64,000 nt of DNA from Longimicrobiales bacterium (GTDB taxonomy: Bacteria > Gemmatimonadota > Gemmatimonadetes > Longimicrobiales > Gaopeijiaceae), in NCBI GenBank assembly GCA_965203485.1, contig OZ241892.1, forward strand, positions 205,786 through 269,785. The letters run 5' to 3'. Below the pieces are notes generated by a model that ran no database searches, had not been told where the DNA came from, and saw only the letters and a program-made list of their open reading frames with translations. Positions within the stretch are counted from its first letter, which is position 1; the number at the start of each line of letters is the position of its first letter. Of the stretch, positions 39,847-48,682 are shown piece after piece. A program made the position numbers and the translations under genes.

Positions 39847-40473
39847 ATGGATTCCCTTGGGGGGCGCCACGTCTTTCTGTCGGCGAGCTTTCCTTCCGGC
39901 GAAAGGGGAGAAGCAGTGCGGCCGTACGATCCATCAGCCGTCGCCGATGCCGTAACGGCCCTGGTGCGGGCTGTACTATCCCGCGACGGCAGGTTGCTGT
40001 TCGGAGGGCATCCTACCATTACGCCGCTGGTGCTCGCGATCGCCATGGAGCATCGCTCCAAGCACTCGGTGGACGTCTTCCAGTCGGAATGGTTTCGGGG
40101 GCGGGTTACATCGGAAACCAAGAGGCTGGCAAGCCTTGGCTATGGAGACGTCCATTGGACAGAGAGGCGTGGTGACCTGGATCGCACACTGAGGACGATG
40201 CGGCGGCGGATGCTGAGTTTTGGACAGATCGCCGGGGCGGTGTTCGTGGGTGGGATGGATGGTATCGAAGAGGAGCACCGAATGCTTGGGCACATGCTGC
40301 CGGGTGTTCCGAGGATACCCGTGCGTGGCCCAGGCGGAGCGGCGGCACGGTTGCAGACGATGGAGGCTGAGGTTCCAGAATACTTGGCGCGACAACTCGA
40401 TTCGAGAGCCTATCCGCTCCTTTCGTCGAAGATCGTGGAATACCTGATTGCCTCTGATTCGAGGCCTCGCTAG
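39847..40473 (+). CDS. Stand-alone SLOG/LOG-like Rossmann protein (TPALS-like, tentative)
   Basis: The ATG is 2 nt after the TIR stop. 'RHVFLSASFP...', 'GRLLFGGHPTITPLVL', 'IAGAVFVGGMDGIEEEHRML' and 'IPVRGPGGAA' resemble the SLOG glycine-rich motifs. 208 aa with no other domain. Confidence 0.6.
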   Translation: MDSLGGRHVFLSASFPSGERGEAVRPYDPSAVADAVTALVRAVLSRDGRLLFGGHPTITPLVLAIAMEHRSKHSVDVFQSEWFRGRVTSETKRLASLGYGDVHWTERRGDLDRTLRTMRRRMLSFGQIAGAVFVGGMDGIEEEHRMLGHMLPGVPRIPVRGPGGAAARLQTMEAEVPEYLARQLDSRAYPLLSSKIVEYLIASDSRPR

Positions 40474-40739
40474 CTACCGCCGCCCCCCGGGTTCGTCGGC
40501 GGGCACTTGCGCAGGGAATTCAACGAGGCATGGCGGGCTCCGTGACTTGCTAGGAGGCTGGCGGCGGAGGCGAGGCCGCCCCCGAAACGCGACGTGTCTT
40601 GGGAATGTACAGCGGGCGAGCGAGCCGGGCACGTCCTGCAGACGGCTCAAGTCCGGGTCGAAGGCACCGGCGGCTTCCCGAAGCGGCAAATCGGCAAATG
40701 GGACTTGGCGCGGCCAAGGCGCGGAAGCGGGAAGACGGA

Positions 40740-41050
40740 ATGGACGTGCTTCACCACGAAATCGTCGCGGTGCCAGGGGCGACCCGCGTCCGGAGCGGAC
40801 GCTGATCGTGCCGCACGGCATCTTCGGCCATGGGCGCAACTGGAAGTCCGTCGCTACGCGCCTCGTCCGCGACCGGCCGCGACTGGGCTGTGGCGCTGGT
40901 GGGACCTGCGAGGGCACGGACGATCGCCCGGCTGGCCGGAGACGCCGACGGTCGAGGCGTGCGCCCGCGACGTGCAACGGCGGCCACTGGTTGCACGTCG
41001 ACAATCCGGACGCGCTGCACCGGCTCCTCATTCGACGCCTGCCCGGCAAT
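40740..41050 (+). pseudogene. Alpha/beta-hydrolase remnant (frameshifted, internally deleted)
   Basis: Fragments lie in three frames: 'MDVLHHEIVAVPG', 'RTLIVPHGIFGHGRNWKSVATRLV', 'DLRGHGRSPGWPETPTVEACARDV'. The text then jumps directly to the C-terminal 'GGHWLHVDNPDALHRLL'. Confidence 0.45.
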
Positions 41051-41168
41051 CGCAGGCGGTCCTCGCACGAAGCCTTCGGCCGGCACCGTCCGACCAAACT
41101 GAACGGCCCAAGCGGCCCGGCCGGATCACGTCGTCGCGCCCCGGCCGGCCGCCTTGGTCGTACTCGCG

Positions 41169-43913
41169 TCAGTGGAAGATCTGGAAGCCGAAGTTGAACG
41201 ACCGCGGGTATCCGAGGAAGATCTCTGCGTCGTCGGCCTTGTGGCTCGGTCGGCCGCGGGCCCTCTCGGCGTCGTCGCGGTAGGCGTTGAATCTGGAGTT
41301 GTCGGTCGCGTCCTGCACGTACACTGCGTCCGTGACGTTGAAGATGTTCATGAACAGCCTCACGTTGCCTCCGAAGGCCGCCGCCACGTCGGACGCCAAT
41401 CGGTAGGACATGTGGACGTCGAAGACCGTGTATCCGGGAGGACTCCACGACTGCACGCCTTCGTCCGCGCCGTCCGTCCGATCGAAGGGATTGTAGTTTG
41501 CATAGTGCTTGCCGAAGGTCTTGCCGACGCCTTGCACGTACAGCCCGCCGGTGGGGAACAGAGACAGCGCGTACGCGACTTGGAACTGCGGCGCGTCGCC
41601 TACGTACAGGTCCCTGACGTAGAAGGTGTACTGCTCCGTCTCCGATCGCCGGTCGTCGGGCCGGTACTCGCCCTCGGCGTTGGCGGTGTGCTTCCAGTCG
41701 CCCCAGGAGAGCGCGGCGTCGAAGCGCATGTAGTCCGTCGGCTGAAACGCGCCTTCCAGCTCCACGCCCATGTGGCGGGCGTCCAGGCCCAGCAGGTTGA
41801 TCAAGCCTTCGGTGTCCTCGTCGAGACGGATGTTGCGCGTGCGCGTCCGGTCGTTCCACTGCGTGAAGTAGATGTTCCCGTCGAGAGAGAAGCGGCGATC
41901 CAGCGAGCGGAACCGAGCGCCCGCCTCGAACGACAGGAAGGTCTCGTTCCTGGGATTGGCGTTGAGAAGGCCGTTGTTGTCGTCGATCACGCCGTCGAAG
42001 ATCGGAACCTTGGACACGTACCCGGCGTTGCCGTAGACGGACCACTCGGAGTTGACGTTGCGCATTGCGCCGCCCTTGAGCTGGTAGCCGGTCAGTCCGC
42101 CGCTGCTGAGCTCAAGGAATCCCCCGCCCATGCCCCTCCTGAAGAAGTCGGTGTAGTCGTAGGAGATGCGCGAGACGCCCATCATGCCGTAGAGGGAACC
42201 GGCCAGCGTGGACCGCTCGGCCTGCACGTGGGCGCCGATCCAGTTCACGTCGTTCTCGTTGTGGTAGTGAATCTTGTCGCCCAGACCCCGGTCGCCTTCG
42301 GCCTCCGTCCAGAACTCGGAACTGCAACCGCGGAAGCAGTCGTTGTAGAACGAGCCGCCCAACAAGTCCCGGACTTCGCGGTAGTGCTCGATCGTGGCGG
42401 TGCGCCAGTCGACGCCGAGCTCGGCGGCCCAATCCCCGCCGAAGTCCTTGTGCATCTTGGCGATGGCGCCGTACGTGTCCTGGTTGTTGACCGAGTTGCG
42501 GAGAATGCCGCGCGACGCGCCTTCGTCGCTGCCGCCGTTGCGCGCAATCGTCGCATTCCAGTTGGGGAACCTCTGGCCGTAGGTGTTGTCCCAGACAAGC
42601 GATCCGTACGTTCCTGTTCCGCCGCCTTGGCCGCCCGAGTAGTAGGCCACCGTGTTGAGCGTCCATCCGCCGCCGAAGGCCGAGTACCAGTTGAGGTTGA
42701 CCTGCGGCTTGTGGAAGTAGTTCTCGCGCTCGTTGATGAAGTTGGCGCTGTGCCTGCTGAAGACGCCGGCGCCGGGCCCGGTGCTGGTGAACTGGCGCCC
42801 CCTGTAGCTCGGGTCGACACCTCCGAAGTTTGGGCTCCAATAGCGGCCGGCCTCCGTGGAAAACCTCTCCAAGCCGCCCGGGTCGTAGCCTTCGAGGCCG
42901 GCGGCAAAGTCGCGGTTCAGAGTGGCGGCGTTGAGCTTGTACAGATTCTGCCCGTGCCGCTGGGGCGCGCCGACCGCGTAGAGTTCGACGCGGTTGTGGT
43001 CGCTGATCCTGTACTGCGAGGCCAGATAGTACGACCACGCGTCGGTCCACGTGCCGTCGATCAAGCCGTCGCCCGTCTTGCGCACGCCCGAGGCCGTCAG
43101 GGCGAACTTGCCGATCTGCCCGGTGGACGCCGTCATCGTCGTCTTGCGGAAGTTCCCGCTTCCAAACTCTTGCTTGAGGTTGTAGCCGGCCGACTGCTGG
43201 CTCGGGTCGGTGATCACGTTGAGCGTGCCGCCGATCGACGGCGTGGCCAGGTTGACCGCGCTCAGGCCGCGTTGCAACTGAATGCTCGTGGCGGCGTCGC
43301 CGAGTCCGTCCCAGTTCGACCAGTAGACCCAGCCGTTCTCCATGTCGTTGACGGGCACGCCGTTGATCATGACGGCCGTGTTGCGCTGGCTGAACCCGCG
43401 CACGTTGATGCGGGCGTCGCCTGCCCCGCCGCCTTGGGCCGTCGAGTACACGGACGGCGTGACGCTCAGCACCAGCGGCAGGTCGCGCGAGCCCAGCTGG
43501 CGCTGGATCTGCGGCTTGGCCACGTCGGTGAACGCCACCGGCGTCCGGCGCTCTTCGGCCCGCTCGGCGAGCACATCGATGCTTCCGAGCGCCACCGCGT
43601 TCGACGTCATCGCGAAGTCCACGACCGTGGCGCCGCCCGATTCGACCGCGACGTCCCGGCTCTCGGACACGAAGCCGATCATGCGCGCCGTCACGTGGTA
43701 CGCGCCGGCGGGCACGCCCATCACGTTGAAGCGCCCGTTGGCGTTCGTGATGCCGCCGTACTCGGCGCCGGTCTCGGTCTGCGCGACCACCACGTGCACG
43801 CCTTCCAACCCTCCCCCCTCCGCGGTGACCGCCCCGGTCACCGATCCCGTCTCCTGGGCGGTCGCGGGCATCGCGACCAGCCACAGGAGCCCCACAGCGC
43901 ACATCGACTTCAT
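41169..43913 (-). CDS. TonB-dependent receptor with N-terminal CarboxypepD_reg-like domain
   Basis: Signal 'LLWLVAMPATAQ'. 'GSVTGAVTA...GVHVVVAQ...NANGRFNVMGVPAGAYHVTARMIGF'. Plug 'INVRGFSQRNTAVMINGVPVND'. 914 aa beta-barrel with a C-terminal aromatic end. Confidence 0.9.
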   Translation of the reverse strand: MKSMCAVGLLWLVAMPATAQETGSVTGAVTAEGGGLEGVHVVVAQTETGAEYGGITNANGRFNVMGVPAGAYHVTARMIGFVSESRDVAVESGGATVVDFAMTSNAVALGSIDVLAERAEERRTPVAFTDVAKPQIQRQLGSRDLPLVLSVTPSVYSTAQGGGAGDARINVRGFSQRNTAVMINGVPVNDMENGWVYWSNWDGLGDAATSIQLQRGLSAVNLATPSIGGTLNVITDPSQQSAGYNLKQEFGSGNFRKTTMTASTGQIGKFALTASGVRKTGDGLIDGTWTDAWSYYLASQYRISDHNRVELYAVGAPQRHGQNLYKLNAATLNRDFAAGLEGYDPGGLERFSTEAGRYWSPNFGGVDPSYRGRQFTSTGPGAGVFSRHSANFINERENYFHKPQVNLNWYSAFGGGWTLNTVAYYSGGQGGGTGTYGSLVWDNTYGQRFPNWNATIARNGGSDEGASRGILRNSVNNQDTYGAIAKMHKDFGGDWAAELGVDWRTATIEHYREVRDLLGGSFYNDCFRGCSSEFWTEAEGDRGLGDKIHYHNENDVNWIGAHVQAERSTLAGSLYGMMGVSRISYDYTDFFRRGMGGGFLELSSGGLTGYQLKGGAMRNVNSEWSVYGNAGYVSKVPIFDGVIDDNNGLLNANPRNETFLSFEAGARFRSLDRRFSLDGNIYFTQWNDRTRTRNIRLDEDTEGLINLLGLDARHMGVELEGAFQPTDYMRFDAALSWGDWKHTANAEGEYRPDDRRSETEQYTFYVRDLYVGDAPQFQVAYALSLFPTGGLYVQGVGKTFGKHYANYNPFDRTDGADEGVQSWSPPGYTVFDVHMSYRLASDVAAAFGGNVRLFMNIFNVTDAVYVQDATDNSRFNAYRDDAERARGRPSHKADDAEIFLGYPRSFNFGFQIFH

Positions 43914-44194
43914 CGTGCCGTCCTCTCCTTATGGAATGCTGGGTTTGCGCTCCCCGAGCCGGACGCGCCCGAACCCTCGCGGCGGTTGCCTGACCGAGCG
44001 CGCGGCTTCGCGGCAAGCGACGGATGGGCACGGACGGACCCTCGAGGTCAAGGAGCAATCTACGGACTTCAGCTTATGGTGCGCGCAACGTTTCGGCAAC
44101 GACTTCGCTACGCGGGAAGAGGGCGGGCGGGGCGAGGCCGGCGCCGGATGCTCGGCGAGCCGCGCGCCCCGGCCCCTGCGGACCGGCGGCAACC

Positions 44195-44223
44195 TGGACA
44201 CGCTCCGCCGCGTCTCGTATAAT
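44195..44223 (+). promoter_or_regulatory. Sigma-70-type promoter candidate TGGACA-N17-TATAAT
   Basis: The perfect -10 hexamer (44218..44223) with a 17-nt spacer is conspicuous in G+C-rich DNA. It lies about 200 nt upstream of the gldA-like start. Confidence 0.4.
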
Positions 44224-44424
44224 CGGTGCCCGCAAGAACGGCTTCGAGGCGTGGCCTTGCCCGGATTGCCCGGTGATCGCGATGGACCGGACGCAATGAG
44301 CCGGGGGGCCGAACGCGCTTGCGGCCCAGCGGCTTCGCAGGACTGGGAATGGCCGGCCCGACCGTGCGCCGACGGCGGCGCGGGCCCGGTTGCGAGCAAG
44401 GAGAGCATCAAGAGGAGGAGGCGA

Positions 44425-45456
44425 ATGATCTCGGTCGAGGGCGCTACCAAGCGGTTCGGCCCGATCGCGGCGGTGAACCAAGCCAGCTTCGAGGTGGGCC
44501 GGGGAGAGGTGGTCGGCTTCCTGGGACCGAACGGGGCGGGCAAGACCACGACGATGCGGTTGATCACGGGCACGCTTCAGCCGGACGAGGGCCAGATCCG
44601 GTTCGACGGCGCCCCGATCGGCGACGACCTGACGGCGGCCAAGGCCCGCATCGGCTATCTGCCCGAAGCGAACCCGCTCTACGACGAGATGCTGGTTTGC
44701 GAGTACTTGGAGTTCGTGGCGCGGCTCCGCGGCTTGGGGGGCGCGGAGGCGCGCTCGGCGATCTCGGCGGCGGTCGACGAGACGGGCCTGGACGCCGTCT
44801 TCTTCCGGCCCATCAGCCAGATCTCGAAGGGCTACCGGCAACGGACGGGGATGGCCGGAGCGATCCTGCACCGGCCGGAAATCCTCGTCCTCGATGAACC
44901 CACCGAGGGCCTCGATCCCAACCAGCGAGTCGAGATCCGCAAGCTGGTGAGTTCGCTGGGCAGCGAGCGGACCGTGATCCTGAGCACGCACGTCATGCAG
45001 GAAGTCGAGGCCACTTGCGGGCGGCTCCTGGTGATCTCGCAAGGGGCGATCGTGGCGGACGGGACCGTCGCGCAGCTGCTCGAAGGCGGCCGAGGCCGGG
45101 CGCGGTACCACGTCGAAGTCGAGGGCGAAGGAGCGGCCGAGGCGTTGCGGGCGTTGCCGGGGGCCGTGAGTTGCGAGGCCAAGGCGGTCAACGGGCGGAC
45201 GCGGGCGTGGATCGAGGGTGCGGAAGGGCACGAGCTTCGACCGGAGATATTCAAGCTGGCGGCGGCCCAGGGCTGGGTGCTCTGGGAACTCGGGCGCGAA
45301 CAGGCGTCGCTGGAGCAGGTCTTCCACCAGCTTACCGCGACCGCCGGGGAAGAGACCGCGGAAGCGGACGAAGGAGCCGCGCCCTCCGGGAGGGCGGAAA
45401 CGGCAACGGCGGCTCGAGACGCCGGCGAAGGGACCGCCGCAGGAGATACCCGATGA
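44425..45456 (+). CDS. ABC transporter ATP-binding protein (GldA-like)
   Basis: ATG preceded by 'AGGAGGAGG'. Walker A 'GPNGAGKTTT', signature 'ISKGYRQRTGMA', Walker B 'ILVLDEP'. Confidence 0.9.
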   Translation: MISVEGATKRFGPIAAVNQASFEVGRGEVVGFLGPNGAGKTTTMRLITGTLQPDEGQIRFDGAPIGDDLTAAKARIGYLPEANPLYDEMLVCEYLEFVARLRGLGGAEARSAISAAVDETGLDAVFFRPISQISKGYRQRTGMAGAILHRPEILVLDEPTEGLDPNQRVEIRKLVSSLGSERTVILSTHVMQEVEATCGRLLVISQGAIVADGTVAQLLEGGRGRARYHVEVEGEGAAEALRALPGAVSCEAKAVNGRTRAWIEGAEGHELRPEIFKLAAAQGWVLWELGREQASLEQVFHQLTATAGEETAEADEGAAPSGRAETATAARDAGEGTAAGDTR

Positions 45457-47783
45457 CGGCGCGCCAGACCTTCCTCGTGGCCCGCAAGGAATTGCGGAGC
45501 TTCTTCGACCAGCCCACCGCCTACGTGCTGGCGGTGGCGTTCCTCGGGCTCAGCCTGTACTTGACGTTCCGCTCTCTCTACGCCATGGAGAGGGCCACGC
45601 TGCGGCCCTTCTTCGACCTGCTGCCCTGGCTCCTCGTGGTCTTCGTGCCCGCCGCGGCGATGAAGGCTCTCGCGGAGGAGCGGCGCAGCCGGACGCTCGA
45701 ATGGCTCGTGGCGCAGCCGCTCACCGAGACCGACATCGTGCTGGGCAAGTTTCTGGGCACGTGGGCGTTCGTGGGGCTGACGCTGGCGGGCACGCTCCCG
45801 GCGGCGGCGGGCGTGCTGGCGGCCTCGGAGGCCGACCCCGGGATCATGGCGGCCCAGTACGCGGGCGCCGCGCTTCTCGCCGCGCAGATGATCGCGATCG
45901 GATTGTGGGCCTCGGCGATGACCGGCAACCAGATCACCGCCTTCATCCTCGGCGCGTTCACGTGCTTCGGCCTCGTGCTGGCCGGGACGCCGGTCGTGCA
46001 GATCGGTCTGCCGCAGCCGGTGGGGGGATGGGTGTCCCAACTGGCGGTCCTCGGCCACTTCGAGAACGTGGCGCGCGGCGTGGTCGATCTGAGGGACCTG
46101 CTCTACTTCGCATCGACGAGCGGCCTGTTTCTGCTGCTGGCGACGGCGGTGCTCAGCCGCAACCGCCTGAGCCTGCGCGACCCGGCGTACCGGCGGCTCC
46201 GCATCGGGGTGGGGGTGATCGCGGCGACCGTGCTGCTCGCCAACTTGGCCGGCGAACGCGTGCGCGGACGGCTCGACCTGACCCGCGACAACCTCTTCAC
46301 GCTTTCCGCGGGAAGCCGCGACATCCTCGGCGGGCTCGACGACATCGTGAACCTGAGCCTCTTCGCGAGCGACGACCTGCCCCAGCAGATCGAGGTCACG
46401 ATCCGCGACGTGAGGGACTTGGTGGCGGACATGGCAGACGCGTCCGACGACATGCTCGCAGTGCGCGAACTGAACCCGGACGACGACGAAGACGCCGCCG
46501 CCGAAGCCTCCTCGCTCGGAATCTCCCCGATCGAGTTCAACGTCCTGCGCGAGGACGAACTGCAGGTCAAGCGCGGCTACTTCGGCCTCGCGTTGACGTA
46601 CGCCGACGAACAGGAGGTCATCCCCGTCATCGACCGCGTGCACGACCTGGAGTTCCGGCTGGTGTCGGCGGTCGCCCAGATGACCAGCGACGAGATGCCC
46701 ACGGTGGCCTTCATGAGCGGCTTCCAGGCCAAGGAGGCGTACCAGTACGGCCAGTTCCGCGAGAGCATCTCCGACCGGTACCGCATCACGTCGATCGACG
46801 TCGCCAACGACAGCGCCGGCGCGCTTCGCCCGGACTCGATCGGCGTGCTCGTGGTCGCGGCTCCGGCGGAGCCCGTGTCGCCAGCGGTTGCGGACGCCGT
46901 CGGCGCCTACGTGGACGCGGGCGGCAAGGCGTTCTTCCTGATGGAGCGTCACTTGCCCGATCCCCAGAGTCCCATCGCGAGGCCCGTCGTGACCGGCCTC
47001 GAGAGCGTCTTGGCGCGCTACGGCGTGGAGGCGCCGGGCGACATGGTCTTCGACCTCGTCTCTTCGCAGGCGGTGTCGATGCGGCGCGGATTCTTCGATG
47101 TCGTGCAGCCCTACCCGCTGTGGCCGATCGCCATGCGGGGCGACGAGCATGCCACCAACCGCGACCTCGGCAACGTGACCTTCGGCTGGGCGGCGCCGTT
47201 CACGTGGGACGACTCGGTGCGGGCAACCGCCCTGTGGACGACGACGGAAGGCGGAGGCACCAGGCCGGGCGGCGGGATGATCGATCCGTCGATGCAGCTG
47301 GCCTCCAGCGAGGACGAGCTGGGCGTGCACGTGCTGGCGGTGGCCGTGGAGACGGGGGCGGGCGCGGATGCCGGCGATGCCGGGGATGCCGGGGAAGGCG
47401 ACGGCGAAGAAGACGCGGCGGCGGGCGGGCGGATCGTCGCGGTGGGCGACGCCGACTTCCTCGAGGACCGGTTTGCGCAGGCCAGTCCGCAGAACCTGAT
47501 CTTCGCGGCCAACGCGATCGACTGGCTGGCCCAGGACGAGTCGTTGATCGCGATCCGGTCGAAGGACCGCACGCCGCCGGCGCTGGTCTTCGAGTCGGAG
47601 TTCAGCAAGTCCGCCCTCAAGTGGGGGATGCTGGCAGGCGTGCCGCTGGTCTTCGTGGCCGTGGGCTTCGCGCGGGTGACGGGCCGGGCGGCGCGGGCCG
47701 AGCGGCGATGGACGGAGGCAGGCGGGGGCGAAGCCGCAAAGGGGAGAGCGGCGGGAGGACCGAAGGGAGGAGATGTCTCGTGA
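45453..47783 (+). CDS. Fused ABC-2 permease (GldF-like) and GldG-like auxiliary domain
   Basis: ATGA overlap with the ATPase gene. The N-terminal roughly 240 aa are polytopic. The remainder matches the GldG-type pattern ('DLTRDNLFTLS', 'VGDADFLEDRF') and ends in a TM anchor. Confidence 0.8.
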   Translation: MTARQTFLVARKELRSFFDQPTAYVLAVAFLGLSLYLTFRSLYAMERATLRPFFDLLPWLLVVFVPAAAMKALAEERRSRTLEWLVAQPLTETDIVLGKFLGTWAFVGLTLAGTLPAAAGVLAASEADPGIMAAQYAGAALLAAQMIAIGLWASAMTGNQITAFILGAFTCFGLVLAGTPVVQIGLPQPVGGWVSQLAVLGHFENVARGVVDLRDLLYFASTSGLFLLLATAVLSRNRLSLRDPAYRRLRIGVGVIAATVLLANLAGERVRGRLDLTRDNLFTLSAGSRDILGGLDDIVNLSLFASDDLPQQIEVTIRDVRDLVADMADASDDMLAVRELNPDDDEDAAAEASSLGISPIEFNVLREDELQVKRGYFGLALTYADEQEVIPVIDRVHDLEFRLVSAVAQMTSDEMPTVAFMSGFQAKEAYQYGQFRESISDRYRITSIDVANDSAGALRPDSIGVLVVAAPAEPVSPAVADAVGAYVDAGGKAFFLMERHLPDPQSPIARPVVTGLESVLARYGVEAPGDMVFDLVSSQAVSMRRGFFDVVQPYPLWPIAMRGDEHATNRDLGNVTFGWAAPFTWDDSVRATALWTTTEGGGTRPGGGMIDPSMQLASSEDELGVHVLAVAVETGAGADAGDAGDAGEGDGEEDAAAGGRIVAVGDADFLEDRFAQASPQNLIFAANAIDWLAQDESLIAIRSKDRTPPALVFESEFSKSALKWGMLAGVPLVFVAVGFARVTGRAARAERRWTEAGGGEAAKGRAAGGPKGGDVS

Positions 47784-48676
47784 CCGAGAAGACGTTGCGC
47801 GGATCGCTCTACGCCCTGGTGGGCGTGGCGGCGCTGTACGTGGTGATCACGCTGAGCGGCGGCCGGGGCGGAGACGGTCCGTCCGGAAGTTCGCGGCTGG
47901 CGGAGGCGCTGGAGGACATCGATCGCGCGGAGGTCGGGCGCGCCGACGTCGAGGGCCCGAGCGACACCGTCCGCCTGGCTCGCGAAGGCGACGCGTGGGT
48001 CGTCAACGGCTTTCCCGCGGACTCTGCCGCCGTGGAGCGGTTCCTGCGCGCCTTGGACGAGACGTCGGTGAGTTCGGTCGCGTCCACCAACGCCGACAAT
48101 CACGCGCGCTTGGGCGTGGACGCCGACAGCGCGTGGACGCTCTCGGTGGACGGCGCGCCGCCGATCCTGCTGGGCAAGTCCGGCGCCCGCTACCGAACCG
48201 CGTTTGCGCGCATGCCCGGCGAGGACGTGGTAAGCCTGCTCTCGGGCGACCTGCGCTCGGCGGCGGCGCGCCCGCTCCTGGACTGGCGCGACAAGACGAT
48301 CCTGCGCGTGGACACGGCCGCGGCGGCCGCCATCCGCATCACCCGGGACGGCGGCCGCACCGACTACGAGCGCGGCGACTCGGCTTGGACCGCGGGCGGC
48401 GCGATGGCCGAGGACGCCACCATCCGCGGCATCCTGCAGGAACTCGCCCATCTGCGGGCGAGCCGTTTTGCGCCCCCGGACTACGAGATGCCCGCGAGCC
48501 CGGAACGGGCCGTTCAGGTCTTGGACGCGGAGGGCGCCGAGATCGCCTCGCTCTCGTTGGCCGAAGCGGACGGCGACTTCCACGTGGTCACGCCGGCCAG
48601 CCCCTACGTGTTCGTGGTGGCGGCCTTCCGGGCGAACCGGGTCGCGCCCGGGCCGCCGGACGAGGAGGGGAGCTAA
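47780..48676 (+). CDS. DUF4340-domain protein
   Basis: GTGA overlap with the upstream gene. It has an N-terminal TM helix, and its position after gldG-like genes is typical of the family. Confidence 0.65.
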   Translation: MTEKTLRGSLYALVGVAALYVVITLSGGRGGDGPSGSSRLAEALEDIDRAEVGRADVEGPSDTVRLAREGDAWVVNGFPADSAAVERFLRALDETSVSSVASTNADNHARLGVDADSAWTLSVDGAPPILLGKSGARYRTAFARMPGEDVVSLLSGDLRSAAARPLLDWRDKTILRVDTAAAAAIRITRDGGRTDYERGDSAWTAGGAMAEDATIRGILQELAHLRASRFAPPDYEMPASPERAVQVLDAEGAEIASLSLAEADGDFHVVTPASPYVFVVAAFRANRVAPGPPDEEGS

Positions 48677-48682
48677 GTCCGC

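Noticed and set aside
47361-47400. 9-nt near-repeats (GATGCCGGS x3) giving 'DAGDAGDAGEGDGEED' in the GldG-like protein.
   Set aside because: It is a short acidic low-complexity linker inside a well-supported CDS. It is unlikely to be more than a slippage-prone spacer.
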